Below the pieces are notes generated by a model. The model did no database searches, had not been told where the DNA came from, and saw only the letters and a list, made by a program, of their open reading frames with translations. A DNA stretch of 64,000 nucleotides from assembly GCA_963668025.2 (NCBI GenBank), contig CAXXTH010000018.1, forward strand, positions 384,001 through 448,000, read 5' to 3'. A program made the translations under genes and the position numbers. Shown here one piece after another: positions 1 through 10,229 of this stretch; position 1 is the first letter of the stretch; each line of letters opens with the position of its first letter. Origin of the DNA: Candidatus Hydrogenedentota bacterium. GTDB lineage: Bacteria; Hydrogenedentota; Hydrogenedentia; Hydrogenedentales; SLHB01.

Positions 1-469
1 TCGCCTGGGCCTCTGAAGCAGGAACCGCGATAATGGCCTCGCGTATTTCTTGCGCCTTCACTAAATCAATCAATTGTTCCAACGGATAACAACGGCACCC
101 ATGAATAACCCGGTTGGCCTTCTCCGGGTCCGTATCAAACGCCGCTAATACCGTATACTGCTGTGTACGCCCACCGAAATAAGATAAAATCGCACGGCCC
201 AGATTACCCACGCCCATTAAAATGACACTTACGGGCTTGCGCGGATCTAGCACCGCGCCAATGCCACTAATCAGGCCCTGGACATCGTATCCTTTCGCCG
301 GGCTGCCAGAATAACCAATGGCCATCACGTCACGCCGCACTTGCGCGGGAGTACATCCCGCAAGCGCCGCAAGCTCGTGGGAGAAAATATACTCTTCGCC
401 GTTACCGGCGCTCTCCCGCAGCAGCCTACGATATAAACTCAAACGTCCTATTGCTTTATCCGATATCAT
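1..469 (-). CDS. rex: Redox-sensing transcriptional repressor Rex (3' end outside window)
   Basis: Manual translation from ATG 469: MISDKAIGRLSLYRRLL...FSHELAALAGCTPAQVRRDVMAIGYSGSPAKGY...MGVGNLGRAIL...AAFDTDP. This gives the Rex wHTH plus the Rossmann GxGxxG motif. Not in the ORF track because it is truncated. Confidence 0.93.
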   Translation of the reverse strand, partial: MISDKAIGRLSLYRRLLRESAGNGEEYIFSHELAALAGCTPAQVRRDVMAIGYSGSPAKGYDVQGLISGIGAVLDPRKPVSVILMGVGNLGRAILSYFGGRTQQYTVLAAFDTDPEKANRVIHGCRCYPLEQLIDLVKAQEIREAIIAVPASEAQA

Positions 470-507
470 GGGGCTCCGAATACCTGTTGCGGCGCCTCTA
501 AAACTTG

Positions 508-542
508 CTGTGAATACTTTCACATTGTGAAACTATTCACGG
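508..542. promoter_or_regulatory. Two tandem Rex operators
   Basis: CTGTGAATACTTTCACAT (508-525) and TTGTGAAACTATTCACGG (525-542) match the Rex consensus TTGTGAA-N4-TTCACAA and lie just upstream of rex. Confidence 0.85.
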
Positions 543-700
543 TTAACTGTAACACGCCATTGCCCTAATGTCAAGTAAATTCGTGACCCCTATCTCGATT
601 CATTCTACTCCCTTCCATTCCCCTATTCCAGAATCAAGTATTCCCTTTCCTCAATCCCAGTAATTGATAGGGATGCAGAGATGCCCCTGCACCACTATTT

Positions 701-761
701 GTCAAAATGTTGTTTTCTTGCACGGATTTTCTGTGTAAATAAATTTATATCAACGTGTTAG
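701..761. repeat. 61-bp conserved intergenic motif, copy 1 (copy 2 at 34781-34841), containing an IHF-like site
   Basis: Gapless match of 49/61 by manual count. TATCAACGTGTTA fits WATCAANNNNTTR. Confidence 0.7.
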
Positions 762-770
762 AGCTAAGAT

Positions 771-960
771 TTTCACCACGAAGAGCACGAAGGACACGAA
801 GAGAAACGATATTTGCTCTGGATTTTATCTGTGTCATCTGCGGCATCTGTGGAAAACCTTCGTGTTCTTCGTGACCTTCGTGGTGAAAAATCCGGCTCTT
901 TGGTTGCGGCTACCTGCGCTAAGTACATTGGTGTTCATACGTGGTTCAAAATCCGGCTTT
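771..960. repeat. REP/MITE-like element: 9-bp periodic inverted repeats plus the AAATCCGGCTCTTTGGTTGC motif
   Basis: tttcaccacgaagagcacgaaggacacgaag (771-801) is an imperfect inverted repeat of 858-888. It is followed by a motif also seen near 36648 and 61396. Confidence 0.75.
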
Positions 961-1173
961 TTAGTTCCGGCTCCTACTCCGTTCATTCATGTCGTCTGAA
1001 TAACGGCCATTTCAAAGAAATTCGACCATATTGAAACAAAATCACACGGCTGGTGGTATTCTGATACCAGCGGCAAATATTGGGCATAGAAAACGTGTTT
1101 AGGAAAATGCCCATAATTTGGCCAAAAGCTATCTTCTACGGTATGCTTGATAAATGGAAACCAGGCCATCCAG

Positions 1174-2295
1174 ATGAAAAATCTAAAAATCCGTATAGAA
1201 AGCCGTTTTTCCTTGCACAACGCCACCCGGGTGTTGCAGGGGGAGGTCTTTGCCGGAGAAGAACCGCAAAGCACCTTATTGGGCAGTTGCGTCTGTATAG
1301 GATTTTATTATGCCCCGTTACGGATTGGAGCGTTAAGCCATATCACGGGTTATGGCAAAGGCGGAGGCCATCAAGCCGGCGGCGCGCTGCACATGATGGA
1401 AAAACGATTGGCCAAACTGGGCGTCTCGATGTCGCATTGCACCTGCTTCGTGATCGGAGGCCTGGAATGCGTCCGGTATGTGCTGGACAGCGCGATTCGT
1501 GCGCTCGAAGCGCGCGGCATTCGTTATGAGCTGCTGGATGTGCTGGGCGATTGCCACCGCAAGGTGTTGTTTGAACCCAAAGAAGGTACGATTTCCATTC
1601 TACACCGCAAACTGGAAGGCTCCGTGGCTGCTGGCCCCTCGGACGAGCAAGTGTTCGAGGATTTCAGCGACCCTTCCCGCAGGCTGCTGACGGGGGCAAG
1701 CCTGCTCTTCCGCAACGCGGAGCTCATGGCGCATTTGCGCAAGGACATTTTACCCGAGCTGATTCCCGGCAGCCCACAGATACACGTCTGGTGTGCGGGC
1801 TGCTCCATTGGCATGGAAGCGTATACCGTGGCCATGATCATCCGTGAATGGTTGTCTGCTCGAGGCGTCACGGTTGAGGCCAAAGTGCTGGGGAGCGATA
1901 TTTCGCAAGAAGCGCTGGACGTAGCGATACAGGGCGAGTATCCTGTTTCGCAGCAGACTCGCGCCGCCAATGTAAAACTCCTGGCCCGGTATGCAGAATC
2001 CATAAAGAACCAGGCCGTTCGCATGAAACCTGAAGTGCGGAAGATGGTCTTTTTTCGCAAGCGCGATATTCGCGCGGGAACCCGGCATCCGTTCGAGATC
2101 GTGATTTGCGACCATGTGCTGCAATATTTCACCGTGGATGTCCAGCTCGAGCTTATCAACAGCCTGGCCCGCGCCGTGCGGCCAGGCGGTTTTTTCTACG
2201 TGAGCACGCCATCGGGGGAAGTATTGGAAATACTGGAACGCCAGCATCCTTTCAAGCGCCTGGCGCGGAATCTATACCGGCGAAATGGCGCATAA
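1174..2295 (+). CDS. CheD-like deamidase fused to a CheR-type SAM-dependent methyltransferase
   Basis: N-terminal TLLGSCV..ALSHI carries the CheD Cys/His. C-terminal HVWCAGCSIGMEAY, GSDIS and ICDHVLQYF are CheR motifs. The ORF track start is 1147. Confidence 0.85.
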   Translation: MKNLKIRIESRFSLHNATRVLQGEVFAGEEPQSTLLGSCVCIGFYYAPLRIGALSHITGYGKGGGHQAGGALHMMEKRLAKLGVSMSHCTCFVIGGLECVRYVLDSAIRALEARGIRYELLDVLGDCHRKVLFEPKEGTISILHRKLEGSVAAGPSDEQVFEDFSDPSRRLLTGASLLFRNAELMAHLRKDILPELIPGSPQIHVWCAGCSIGMEAYTVAMIIREWLSARGVTVEAKVLGSDISQEALDVAIQGEYPVSQQTRAANVKLLARYAESIKNQAVRMKPEVRKMVFFRKRDIRAGTRHPFEIVICDHVLQYFTVDVQLELINSLARAVRPGGFFYVSTPSGEVLEILERQHPFKRLARNLYRRNGA

Positions 2296-2337
2296 ACACG
2301 AGAAGAGAGCAGAGGAAACCGCTTAGAAAGGTCTTTC

Positions 2338-3765
2338 ATGCTGTATCTGCACAACGCCGCACGGCGGCCACGAGTCCATTTCTGCGGCATCGGCGGAACG
2401 GCCATGGTGGCGGGCGCACGCCTGGCCATCGAGGCCGGATGGGAAGTGCGCGGCAGCGATAATCCCTTATATCCGCCGACATCGTTCATGGTCGAGGCGC
2501 TGGGCGCGCCGGTGGCGCAGGGGTATTCGGAGTCTAACCTTGATTGGACCCCAGACTTAACCGTCATTGGCAACGCCCTGAGCCGGGGCAATCCCGAGGT
2601 GGAAGCGATCTTGGAGCGCGGCCTCCATTACGTCAGCTTGGCGGAATGGCTCAAGGATGTCGTACTGCGTCCCCGCAAGCCTATCGTCATCTGCGGCACC
2701 CACGGCAAAACCACCACCACGGCGCTTGCCGCCTTTTTATTGGAAGAAGCGAACCTGAATGCCGGCTACTTGATCGGTGGACAGCCCTTGAATTTCCCCC
2801 ACTCCGCCCGGCTTGGAGCCGCAGACGCGCCGTTCGTCATTGAAGGCGATGAATATGACACGGCTTTTTTCGACAAGCGCGCGAAGTTTTTCCACTATCT
2901 CCCCCAAATCGCCGTGGTGACCTCTCTCGAATTCGACCATGGCGACATCTACCGCGATGTGGAAGAGATCGAAAAAGCATTCCGCCTCATGTTGCGCCAG
3001 ATCCCGCGCACGGGCCACCTGGTGGTGTGCGCCGACAATCCTCGCGCCGCCGCCTTGCGCGAACACGCCTTTTGTCCCGTCTTGAGTTATGGCCTATCCG
3101 AGACCGCGGATTTTCGTGGCATTCTGGGAAACGCCTCAAGCGGACTCCAGCGATTGGATGTCTTCGACCAAGGCGTCAAATGGGGTGAGTTTCAAACACC
3201 TCTTGCGGGACGCCACAACGTACAAAACACGCTCGCGGCCCTTGCCGTAGGACGTTTGCTGGGAATAGCGCCGGAGACGCTCGCCAGCGCCTTGCCCCGC
3301 TTCCACTCCGTCCGGCGGCGCATGGAAGTTTTTCTTGAAGCGAACGGGATCACTTTTGTGGACGATTTCGCACACCACCCGACGGCCATCGCGGAGACGG
3401 CAAAAGCCGCCCGGGGCCGGTGGCCGGAAGGGCGTCTCTGGTTGTTGCTCGAACCACGCTCGAACACGCTCGTGACGAACGCGTTCCAGAACGAGCTGGC
3501 GAACGCCTTGCGTGTAGCGGATTGCGTTTGGATTGGCCCTATATACCGGGCGGACCGCATGGCGGAAGACACGCTCCTCGACCGGGCTGGTTTAGTGAAG
3601 ATACTCGAAGCCCACGGCGTGCATGCCCATTGCACGGACCAGGTGCCGGCCATCGTGGACGATGTGCGGGAGAAAGCGCGCCCTGGAGATGTCGTGTTAA
3701 TTTGCAGCAATGGCGCTTTCGAAGGGATATACGCCCGGTTCCGAAAAGCATATGCCTCCCGTTGA
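2338..3765 (+). CDS. mpl: Murein peptide ligase (UDP-MurNAc:L-Ala-gamma-D-Glu-mDAP ligase)
   Basis: GIGGTAM, GTHGKTTTT, EGDEYDTAFFDKR, EFDHGDIY, DDFAHHPTAI, EPRSNT. Confidence 0.92.
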   Translation: MLYLHNAARRPRVHFCGIGGTAMVAGARLAIEAGWEVRGSDNPLYPPTSFMVEALGAPVAQGYSESNLDWTPDLTVIGNALSRGNPEVEAILERGLHYVSLAEWLKDVVLRPRKPIVICGTHGKTTTTALAAFLLEEANLNAGYLIGGQPLNFPHSARLGAADAPFVIEGDEYDTAFFDKRAKFFHYLPQIAVVTSLEFDHGDIYRDVEEIEKAFRLMLRQIPRTGHLVVCADNPRAAALREHAFCPVLSYGLSETADFRGILGNASSGLQRLDVFDQGVKWGEFQTPLAGRHNVQNTLAALAVGRLLGIAPETLASALPRFHSVRRRMEVFLEANGITFVDDFAHHPTAIAETAKAARGRWPEGRLWLLLEPRSNTLVTNAFQNELANALRVADCVWIGPIYRADRMAEDTLLDRAGLVKILEAHGVHAHCTDQVPAIVDDVREKARPGDVVLICSNGAFEGIYARFRKAYASR

Positions 3766-3798
3766 ACATGCGAACACATGACGCGGCATCGCTCCACT

Positions 3799-5371
3799 CT
3801 ACCATGGATTCGAGGGAACCATGTCCCAAGCATCCAGTTGAAGCAGCTCCGCATCGCCGCCTTCCACACACAGAGAGATGCCGAGGCTGTCGTTTCGGGA
3901 CGGATCGATACGCTGCGCCATCGCCTGGCGCTCATTGGCGAATATCTCGATGATCGAGCGGTCCAGAAATACGCGCAACCGTAATGGCTCACCTTCTTTC
4001 AGGACAAACGGCGCTTCCTGGCGATCTACTTCCACCTTGTTCTTAGTAACATGATCCACGAAATCAACAAACATTAGCGCATCATAATGCTTCAGATAGC
4101 CGCCCAGCGAAGACTTCCCAAGTTCGATACGCATGGCGCCGGATTCCCGGTCAACAACAATCGGCGTTTCTTCTTCTCCGTTTGGCGACTGGCGCACCGT
4201 CAACCGTATACGTTTTGCCTGGCCAGGCTGTATCGTCAAATCAAGCTCCAAGCAGTCACCGGAAATGCCGTTCAATAACAGTTCTTTGCCATCCATGAGG
4301 GGCGTAGAATCCACATGCCGGTGGTTGTATCGAAGCGCCTGCAATTCTTTCACGGGGGCCATGTGCAACACATGATCATCATCCAGCCATAAATGCCGCG
4401 GCAGGCTCATCATCCCGCTCCATCCGCTAGGAGGCAACTCAGGGATCACTCCATAATCCACCACCCACGCCCACATGATACGGCGGCCTTGGCCATCGAG
4501 CAGGCTCTCCGGGGCGAAGAAGCTGCCGCCTGGCCAGTTCATCCAGGCATGGCATTCCGGATGAAACTGCTCGTTTTCCCAGCGGCCCAGATAATACCGG
4601 CACCCCCTTTTGTGGCTGATGCACAGCAGCATATGCATATCGCCAATCTTGAAAAAGCCTGGGCATGAGACATCGTCGTCCGGATGCACACCCGAAAAAA
4701 CAACGTCAGACATAAAGGGCTTTAGATACTCCCACCGGGTGAGGTTTCTAGCTCTAAACAGCGCGGCTTTAGCTCCGCCGAATATAGCGTAGTATGTTCC
4801 GTTCTCCACCCATCCACAAGGATCCCATGAGCCATAGAGTTTTGCCTCCGGGCTATCTTTCGGGGGAATGGGCACTATGGGATTGAAGGGCAGCTTCTTC
4901 CATACATCGAGCTGGGCATCTTCACTGATGGCGATACAATTGCCTGCTCCAACTCCATGATAGAGGATAGTTGGATTCCCCTCTTTGTTAATGAAGCAGT
5001 TGCCACTGAAAATGCCTTTGTCGGGATCTCCCTCCGAGGGAAACAACGCTGTCGGATGGAAACGCCAATGCACCAGATCGTTGCTGGATACATGGCCCCA
5101 GCAGAATCCACGTTCATCTTTGAATATGTAGTAAAGATGATATAGGCCCTTCCAATAGATCGCGCCATTGGGATCAAAAGGCGCGCAAATGCCCTCTGGT
5201 GTAGCGAAGTGGTAGACCGGCCGCTGGGGATCGGCAAGCATCTGTTCCCTGTTCAGACGCGCCGCCGCGACCATTTCTGCATGTGTCATTTCAAGCGCCC
5301 TTTCTACCGCTTGCGCCACACCAGAAAACAAATAGTGAAAGGGGCAGCAACGATTTCGATACAAATCTCAC
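3799..5371 (-). CDS. GH32-like beta-propeller glycoside hydrolase with non-canonical motifs; signal peptide likely split by a +1 frameshift
   Basis: RPVYHF..FDPNG, WGHVSSNDLVHW, FSG, WSGMMSLPR and a C-terminal LRVFLDRSIIEIF domain. GTG at 5371 has an RBS and encodes MRFVSKSLLPLSLFV in an adjacent frame. An in-frame ATG lies at 5289. Confidence 0.8.
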
Positions 5372-5588
5372 GAGGATTCTCCCCCATGCCACGGGAAATG
5401 CATATCTCTTTTCTCTTATCCGGCAATGCAGGAGAAGACCCCTGTGCAAAACAGATAGACACACGGTACTATCATATATCTCTTGCCATCATTTGAACCC
5501 GTTTTTGGATTCAAGAAATAGCAACGGCCTTTCCCAGGAAGCGGAGCGGCTCTCCACCTCCTGGGAAAAAACTCAGAATGATGAGTTA

Positions 5589-6416
5589 TCACTTCCGGCG
5601 CAGTGCTCTGGCGCCGCCCAGAAGGAACACGCCAATCGCTATTCCCAGGCCAGCCAAACCAGCCACAGGCACGTTTTCCCCATTTCCGCCGCCATAGCCG
5701 CAACCTTCCACCGACAAATTCAAATTCGGCACCGCCGCACCAGTCCACTCGAACGAATCAATTTTCCATGGAGCAGTGCTCTGCACCGCGTTAGCTAGAA
5801 GGGCTATGCGCATGCCTGTAAGATCGAGATGGGAGCTGGATGCGTCATTAATGGTAAATGCGTACACCTCCGTCCAATTGGCTCCCCAGTCGTCACTGGC
5901 GGAAAAGGTGACTTGCGTCTGGGTGATATCGATCTTCAGCATGTTCGGAAAGAAATCCGCGACGAAATTGCCTAATTCAATCCATCCGTCGCCCGCGCCT
6001 CGCACTTCAAGGAAAGTGCCCGAACCGTGATAGCCGAAGTCGAAGGCCGCCGCATAACTCCAATCACCCGCGTTGAGCGCCCGGAAGCGGAACCGCACCA
6101 TGTCGCTGGCTGTCGTGGTGGGTTGATCCGGCGCATACGTGAGGATTGCCGTGCTGACTGAATCCGCATCGCCCAGGAATGGGAAAAACGCCGCACCGGC
6201 GGACTCTCCCGAGTAAGAGAAATTGAGCTGCGCGTAATTTCCATTTCCGGATATCAACCATCCACAATCTTCATACGTAAACTCGCCATACGAATCGTTG
6301 GAATTCACTGCACCTTCCGTGTCGCTCTGTGCGCCAGAAAAAAGTTTTGTTCCCGCAGAAGCATTTAGTGTAACTAGGACAAAGAGACTCATGAGCACAC
6401 ACAATTGTCTAGCCAT
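5589..6416 (-). CDS. Secreted protein with an unnamed domain and a C-terminal membrane-anchor/sorting tail
   Basis: Signal peptide ending ASA; C-terminus VPVAGLAGLGIAIGVFLLGGARALRRK. Confidence 0.8.
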   Translation of the reverse strand: MARQLCVLMSLFVLVTLNASAGTKLFSGAQSDTEGAVNSNDSYGEFTYEDCGWLISGNGNYAQLNFSYSGESAGAAFFPFLGDADSVSTAILTYAPDQPTTTASDMVRFRFRALNAGDWSYAAAFDFGYHGSGTFLEVRGAGDGWIELGNFVADFFPNMLKIDITQTQVTFSASDDWGANWTEVYAFTINDASSSHLDLTGMRIALLANAVQSTAPWKIDSFEWTGAAVPNLNLSVEGCGYGGGNGENVPVAGLAGLGIAIGVFLLGGARALRRK

Positions 6417-6488
6417 TCCACTTCCCTCCAATGTAGATCTGTCGTTTCTCCTCGTTTCAGGAACAACCGGCTGAACGGCACTGCCTGC

Positions 6489-7547
6489 TCAGCCCATACC
6501 GCCAAACATGTAATTCTGCAAACCGATCACGGAATTCAGATTCCATACACCGCTCTTGTATGTGCCTGAAGTGACCGGGAAATCTTCTTGATACCGCACA
6601 AACCGCACATGCCCGTCCATATAAAGCACATTCGAACCGCCCGGCACATGATTGAATGAGCTGACCGCGGCAGCTCCTGGCATAGGCGCACCCGTTACGG
6701 ACATATTCTGGCCGCTGGCCCAGGCATCCCACATAACCGGAATGACACTTTCGGAAACGCTGCCCGATGCTGGATTGTTGATATCCGTGATAAAGAAACG
6801 CTCGATGCCAGCCCGCACATGATGGTAAACAGCAGGTAGAGTGGTAATGCCGTCATCGTCTTTCCATCCATATGTACGTACGCTTCGCTTGGCCGTGACA
6901 TCCGCGGGAATGTCTTCGATATTGAAACGGTCGAAGATGAGTAGCGATAAATCCGGGTCAAACTCACAACCAGAAATCTTAGAAACGGGATACGTCTCGA
7001 TAGGCCCCCAGCCAGCGGTGTTATACGGCCAGTCCCCCTTCATCAAACCCACATCGTAGACTTGCGAACCGGTGGTGCATGCATAATTCATGTAAATATA
7101 CGACACCGGCATGGAGAGCATTCCATGCAAACACGCTTTCCCGTCGTCCCCTGTCAATTTGGCAAGCCGTGCGATTTGCGCCGGAAAATCTTCATCAACG
7201 CCGAATTTTTCCACATTCAACAACAATTGAAACTCGCTACGCGAATCCGAGGGGCATATGGCAAGATTAGGGTCGTTCCAATAGTCCGGGTATATCCGTT
7301 CAGCGGAAATCCCATGCAGATAACCGGTGATGGGAACCGTAGTGATGCCCGGCGGAAAAGACGCCCCTTTCGCTTCATTGGAATACATCTTAAAAATGAT
7401 TCCCCATTGTTTCAGATTGCTGGCGCAACTCGCACGGCGCGCCGCTTCACGCGCTCGCGCCAGTGCGGGAAGCAAGATCGCAGCCAAAATAGCGATAATT
7501 GCAATGACGACCAACAGCTCGATCAACGTGAATCCGCTTCGTTTCAT
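6489..7547 (-). CDS. Prepilin-type N-methylation / DUF1559 protein with an H-X9-DG motif
   Basis: [59 protein letters not shown]. Strong RBS before ATG 7547. Confidence 0.9.
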   Translation of the reverse strand: MKRSGFTLIELLVVIAIIAILAAILLPALARAREAARRASCASNLKQWGIIFKMYSNEAKGASFPPGITTVPITGYLHGISAERIYPDYWNDPNLAICPSDSRSEFQLLLNVEKFGVDEDFPAQIARLAKLTGDDGKACLHGMLSMPVSYIYMNYACTTGSQVYDVGLMKGDWPYNTAGWGPIETYPVSKISGCEFDPDLSLLIFDRFNIEDIPADVTAKRSVRTYGWKDDDGITTLPAVYHHVRAGIERFFITDINNPASGSVSESVIPVMWDAWASGQNMSVTGAPMPGAAAVSSFNHVPGGSNVLYMDGHVRFVRYQEDFPVTSGTYKSGVWNLNSVIGLQNYMFGGMG

Positions 7548-7697
7548 TACATTTCCCTCCTCTCCGGATACTCCAACCATGGCGAGAATAACACATGTTT
7601 TGAATATTGTCAATGGACATTTTACTTTTTATTTATTCGTACGTCATATTTATATCCATTTTTCCGAACACTATTTTTTACATACGTCAATTTTAGA

Positions 7698-7727
7698 TTG
7701 ACATCCACTTGACGCCCGTGGTAAAGT
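7698..7727 (+). promoter_or_regulatory. Putative sigma70 promoter for the lacI-ABC operon
   Basis: TTGACA-N18-TAAAGT, overlapped by the inverted repeat GTCAAT-N5-ATTGAC. Confidence 0.45.
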
Positions 7728-7773
7728 ATAGCGGTATTTGGAGAACGTCCAGGATGTATCATGAAGGAACTCA

Positions 7774-8838
7774 ATGACTATGCTGACTACAGAAGAAATC
7801 GCCAGAATGAGCGGTGTGTCTCGAGCCACGGTTTCCGCGGTAATCAACGGGAAATCCGGTGTTCGTGAAGCTACGCGCCGCAAGGTGCTCGATATCATTG
7901 AACAGCACAAAGAGCATGCGCAATTCATCCGCAAATCACTGGTGAGCGAGATCTCCCGAATGATTGGCGTGATTATAGGCAGCATCAACAATCCATTCTT
8001 CACGGAAGTCACCTCCGGCATCGCATCCGTACTGCGAAAGAACGGCTTTCACGATATTCTGCTCCACACGACGGATGACAGGCCGGGAAAACTAATCAGC
8101 GACATTAATGTATTTATGGGATGCAATCCGCCTGGCTACATCGTCGTTGCCGGACGCGGTGAAGAAGACGAAGAGGTGTTGCGCCACCTCTATGAATTGG
8201 GGCGTCCAATGGTCGCCATCGGGACGCTGGAAGGCGTGAACACCCATACAGTAGACGTATCCAACCGGGATGCGAGCCGTGACGCCACCGAATACATGAT
8301 ATCCCGGGGCCACCGCCACATGGTGTACCTTACGGGGCCGCCCTATCGTTCCTCCGCGCAAGAACGCACGCTTGGCTTCGTCGAAGCCTTGGTGCGCCAC
8401 GAGATTGAATATGCCAACGCGATGACTGTCCGGGCAGGCGAAACGATGCAAGGCGGATACGATGCGGCCATGTCTGTTCTGGCCAATCCGGAAACACGCC
8501 CCACGGCAATCGTCTGTTTCAACGATCAAGTGGCGGCGGGTGTCTACCTCGCGGCCCGGGAATTAGAGCTGCGCATTCCTCAAGACCTCAGCGTGATGGG
8601 ATATGACGGAATCGAGATGGGTGCGCTCATGGGGCCTCCTCTCACCACGCTATCCGTTTCCCCAAAATCCTTGGGAACAGCGGCGGCGGAATTGCTGCTG
8701 GACATACTGGCCGGAGACAACGGGCAGGCCATCATCCAGCGGACCATACCGCACAAAGTGATTATTCGAGACTCCGTTATAGATGCGCCAGCGATTAAAC
8801 ACGAGCCGGCATATAGCCAGAGCAGCGCGTCAAACTAG
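7774..8838 (+). CDS. LacI-family transcriptional regulator
   Basis: IARMSGVSRATVSAVING HTH, NPFF, PTAIVCFND, IPQDLSVMGYD. Confidence 0.95.
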   Translation: MTMLTTEEIARMSGVSRATVSAVINGKSGVREATRRKVLDIIEQHKEHAQFIRKSLVSEISRMIGVIIGSINNPFFTEVTSGIASVLRKNGFHDILLHTTDDRPGKLISDINVFMGCNPPGYIVVAGRGEEDEEVLRHLYELGRPMVAIGTLEGVNTHTVDVSNRDASRDATEYMISRGHRHMVYLTGPPYRSSAQERTLGFVEALVRHEIEYANAMTVRAGETMQGGYDAAMSVLANPETRPTAIVCFNDQVAAGVYLAARELELRIPQDLSVMGYDGIEMGALMGPPLTTLSVSPKSLGTAAAELLLDILAGDNGQAIIQRTIPHKVIIRDSVIDAPAIKHEPAYSQSSASN

Positions 8839-8882
8839 AAGACGAGATTAGTCTGAGAGAGAATTGTTTAGGAGATGCGCCC

Positions 8883-10229
8883 TTGGGGAAAGGCATAACC
8901 ATCATCTTCACCATGGCTTTCGCCGCAGGAACTTGGCTGCTCTTCCATCCCGTCCAGCAGCGGGAGGCCACCCTAGAGTTTTGGGTATTCGCGCGCACGC
9001 ACTATCAAGGCTATATCAGCGCGGTGGATAGATTTGAGGCGGCGCATCCTGGGGTCACGGTAGACTTGCAACTGGTCGATCATCGCGCAATCGCCAACCG
9101 CTTGCAGTCGGCTTTCTGGGCGGATCTCGATACGCCCGATTTGGTGGAGATGGATATAGGCGGCGCAGGCGTTTTTTCCCGAGGCCCTATTGACCAGGCC
9201 GGCTTCGCTGACCTCCGGCCTTGGCTGGAATCGAGTGGATATCTAGACCGGTTCGTCAGCACACGGCTCGCGCCCTATACCAATCGGGGGCGTATTTTCG
9301 GGATCCCGCACGATGTGCATCCTGTCATGCTGGCCTACCGAAAAGACCTCTTTGAAGCGGAAGGAATCGATGTATCCCGCCTTGCCACATGGGAGGACTT
9401 CATGCGGGAAGCGCATCGTATAACAATCCCAAACCAGCGTTATATGCTGGAACTATCGAATAATACATCGGCTCATTTTGAGATGTTTCTCTTCCAGCGA
9501 GGCGGCGGATATTTTGATGCCACAGGCAACTTGATGATGGACAATGCGCTGGCGCTGGATACCCTGTTGTGGTATGTCCCGCTGATTGCTGGCCCGGAGC
9601 GCATCAGCGCTTCGCTCGAGGGCGGCGGGGGAATCGGCATGGGGCAAATCTTCACGCAAGCAATTGAAAACGACTACGTACTGTGTTTTCTGTGCCCCGA
9701 TTGGCGGGTCCAATTCATCGAAACCGATGCGCCCCGCATGAAAGGCAAGATGGCCTTGGCTCCCTTGCCTGCCTTTGAGCCGGGCGGGCGCAACGTGAGC
9801 ACCTTCGGCGGAACCATGCTCGGTATTTCAAAAAAATGCGCCGCCCCAGAGCTCGCCCGTGAACTGGCCCAGGCGCTTTATCTAGACAAAAAAGAGGTGG
9901 CAGTCTCTTTTCGTGCGCTTGGCATCCTGCCTGCCTTTAAGGACGCCTGGGCCATGCCAGAATACCACCAGGCAAATCCCTACTGGTCTGGCCAATGTGT
10001 GGGAGAGGCATTTATAAATGTAGCCGGTGACGTGCCGCCCCAGCATACCAGCGCATACCTGGATACAGCAAAAATAGCGATGGGCTCGGTAATTGCCTCC
10101 TGCGGTTCTTATTATTCGAAATATGGCGCGGCAGGATTCCAGACTTTTGCTGAGCAACGCTTGAAAGAGGCGGCGCAGGACGTACGCCGCGCCATGACGC
10201 GGGATCCTTTTAGGGAAGATAAACCATGA
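8883..10229 (+). CDS. Sugar ABC transporter substrate-binding protein
   Basis: PDLVEMD, YRKDLF, TWEDF, GGTMLGIS; directly upstream of two permeases. Confidence 0.9.
   Translation: MGKGITIIFTMAFAAGTWLLFHPVQQREATLEFWVFARTHYQGYISAVDRFEAAHPGVTVDLQLVDHRAIANRLQSAFWADLDTPDLVEMDIGGAGVFSRGPIDQAGFADLRPWLESSGYLDRFVSTRLAPYTNRGRIFGIPHDVHPVMLAYRKDLFEAEGIDVSRLATWEDFMREAHRITIPNQRYMLELSNNTSAHFEMFLFQRGGGYFDATGNLMMDNALALDTLLWYVPLIAGPERISASLEGGGGIGMGQIFTQAIENDYVLCFLCPDWRVQFIETDAPRMKGKMALAPLPAFEPGGRNVSTFGGTMLGISKKCAAPELARELAQALYLDKKEVAVSFRALGILPAFKDAWAMPEYHQANPYWSGQCVGEAFINVAGDVPPQHTSAYLDTAKIAMGSVIASCGSYYSKYGAAGFQTFAEQRLKEAAQDVRRAMTRDPFREDKP

Noticed and set aside
771-890. Possible CRISPR array
   Set aside because: The 9-bp periodic units form an inverted repeat. 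There are no 25-45 bp direct repeats with spacers and no cas genes.
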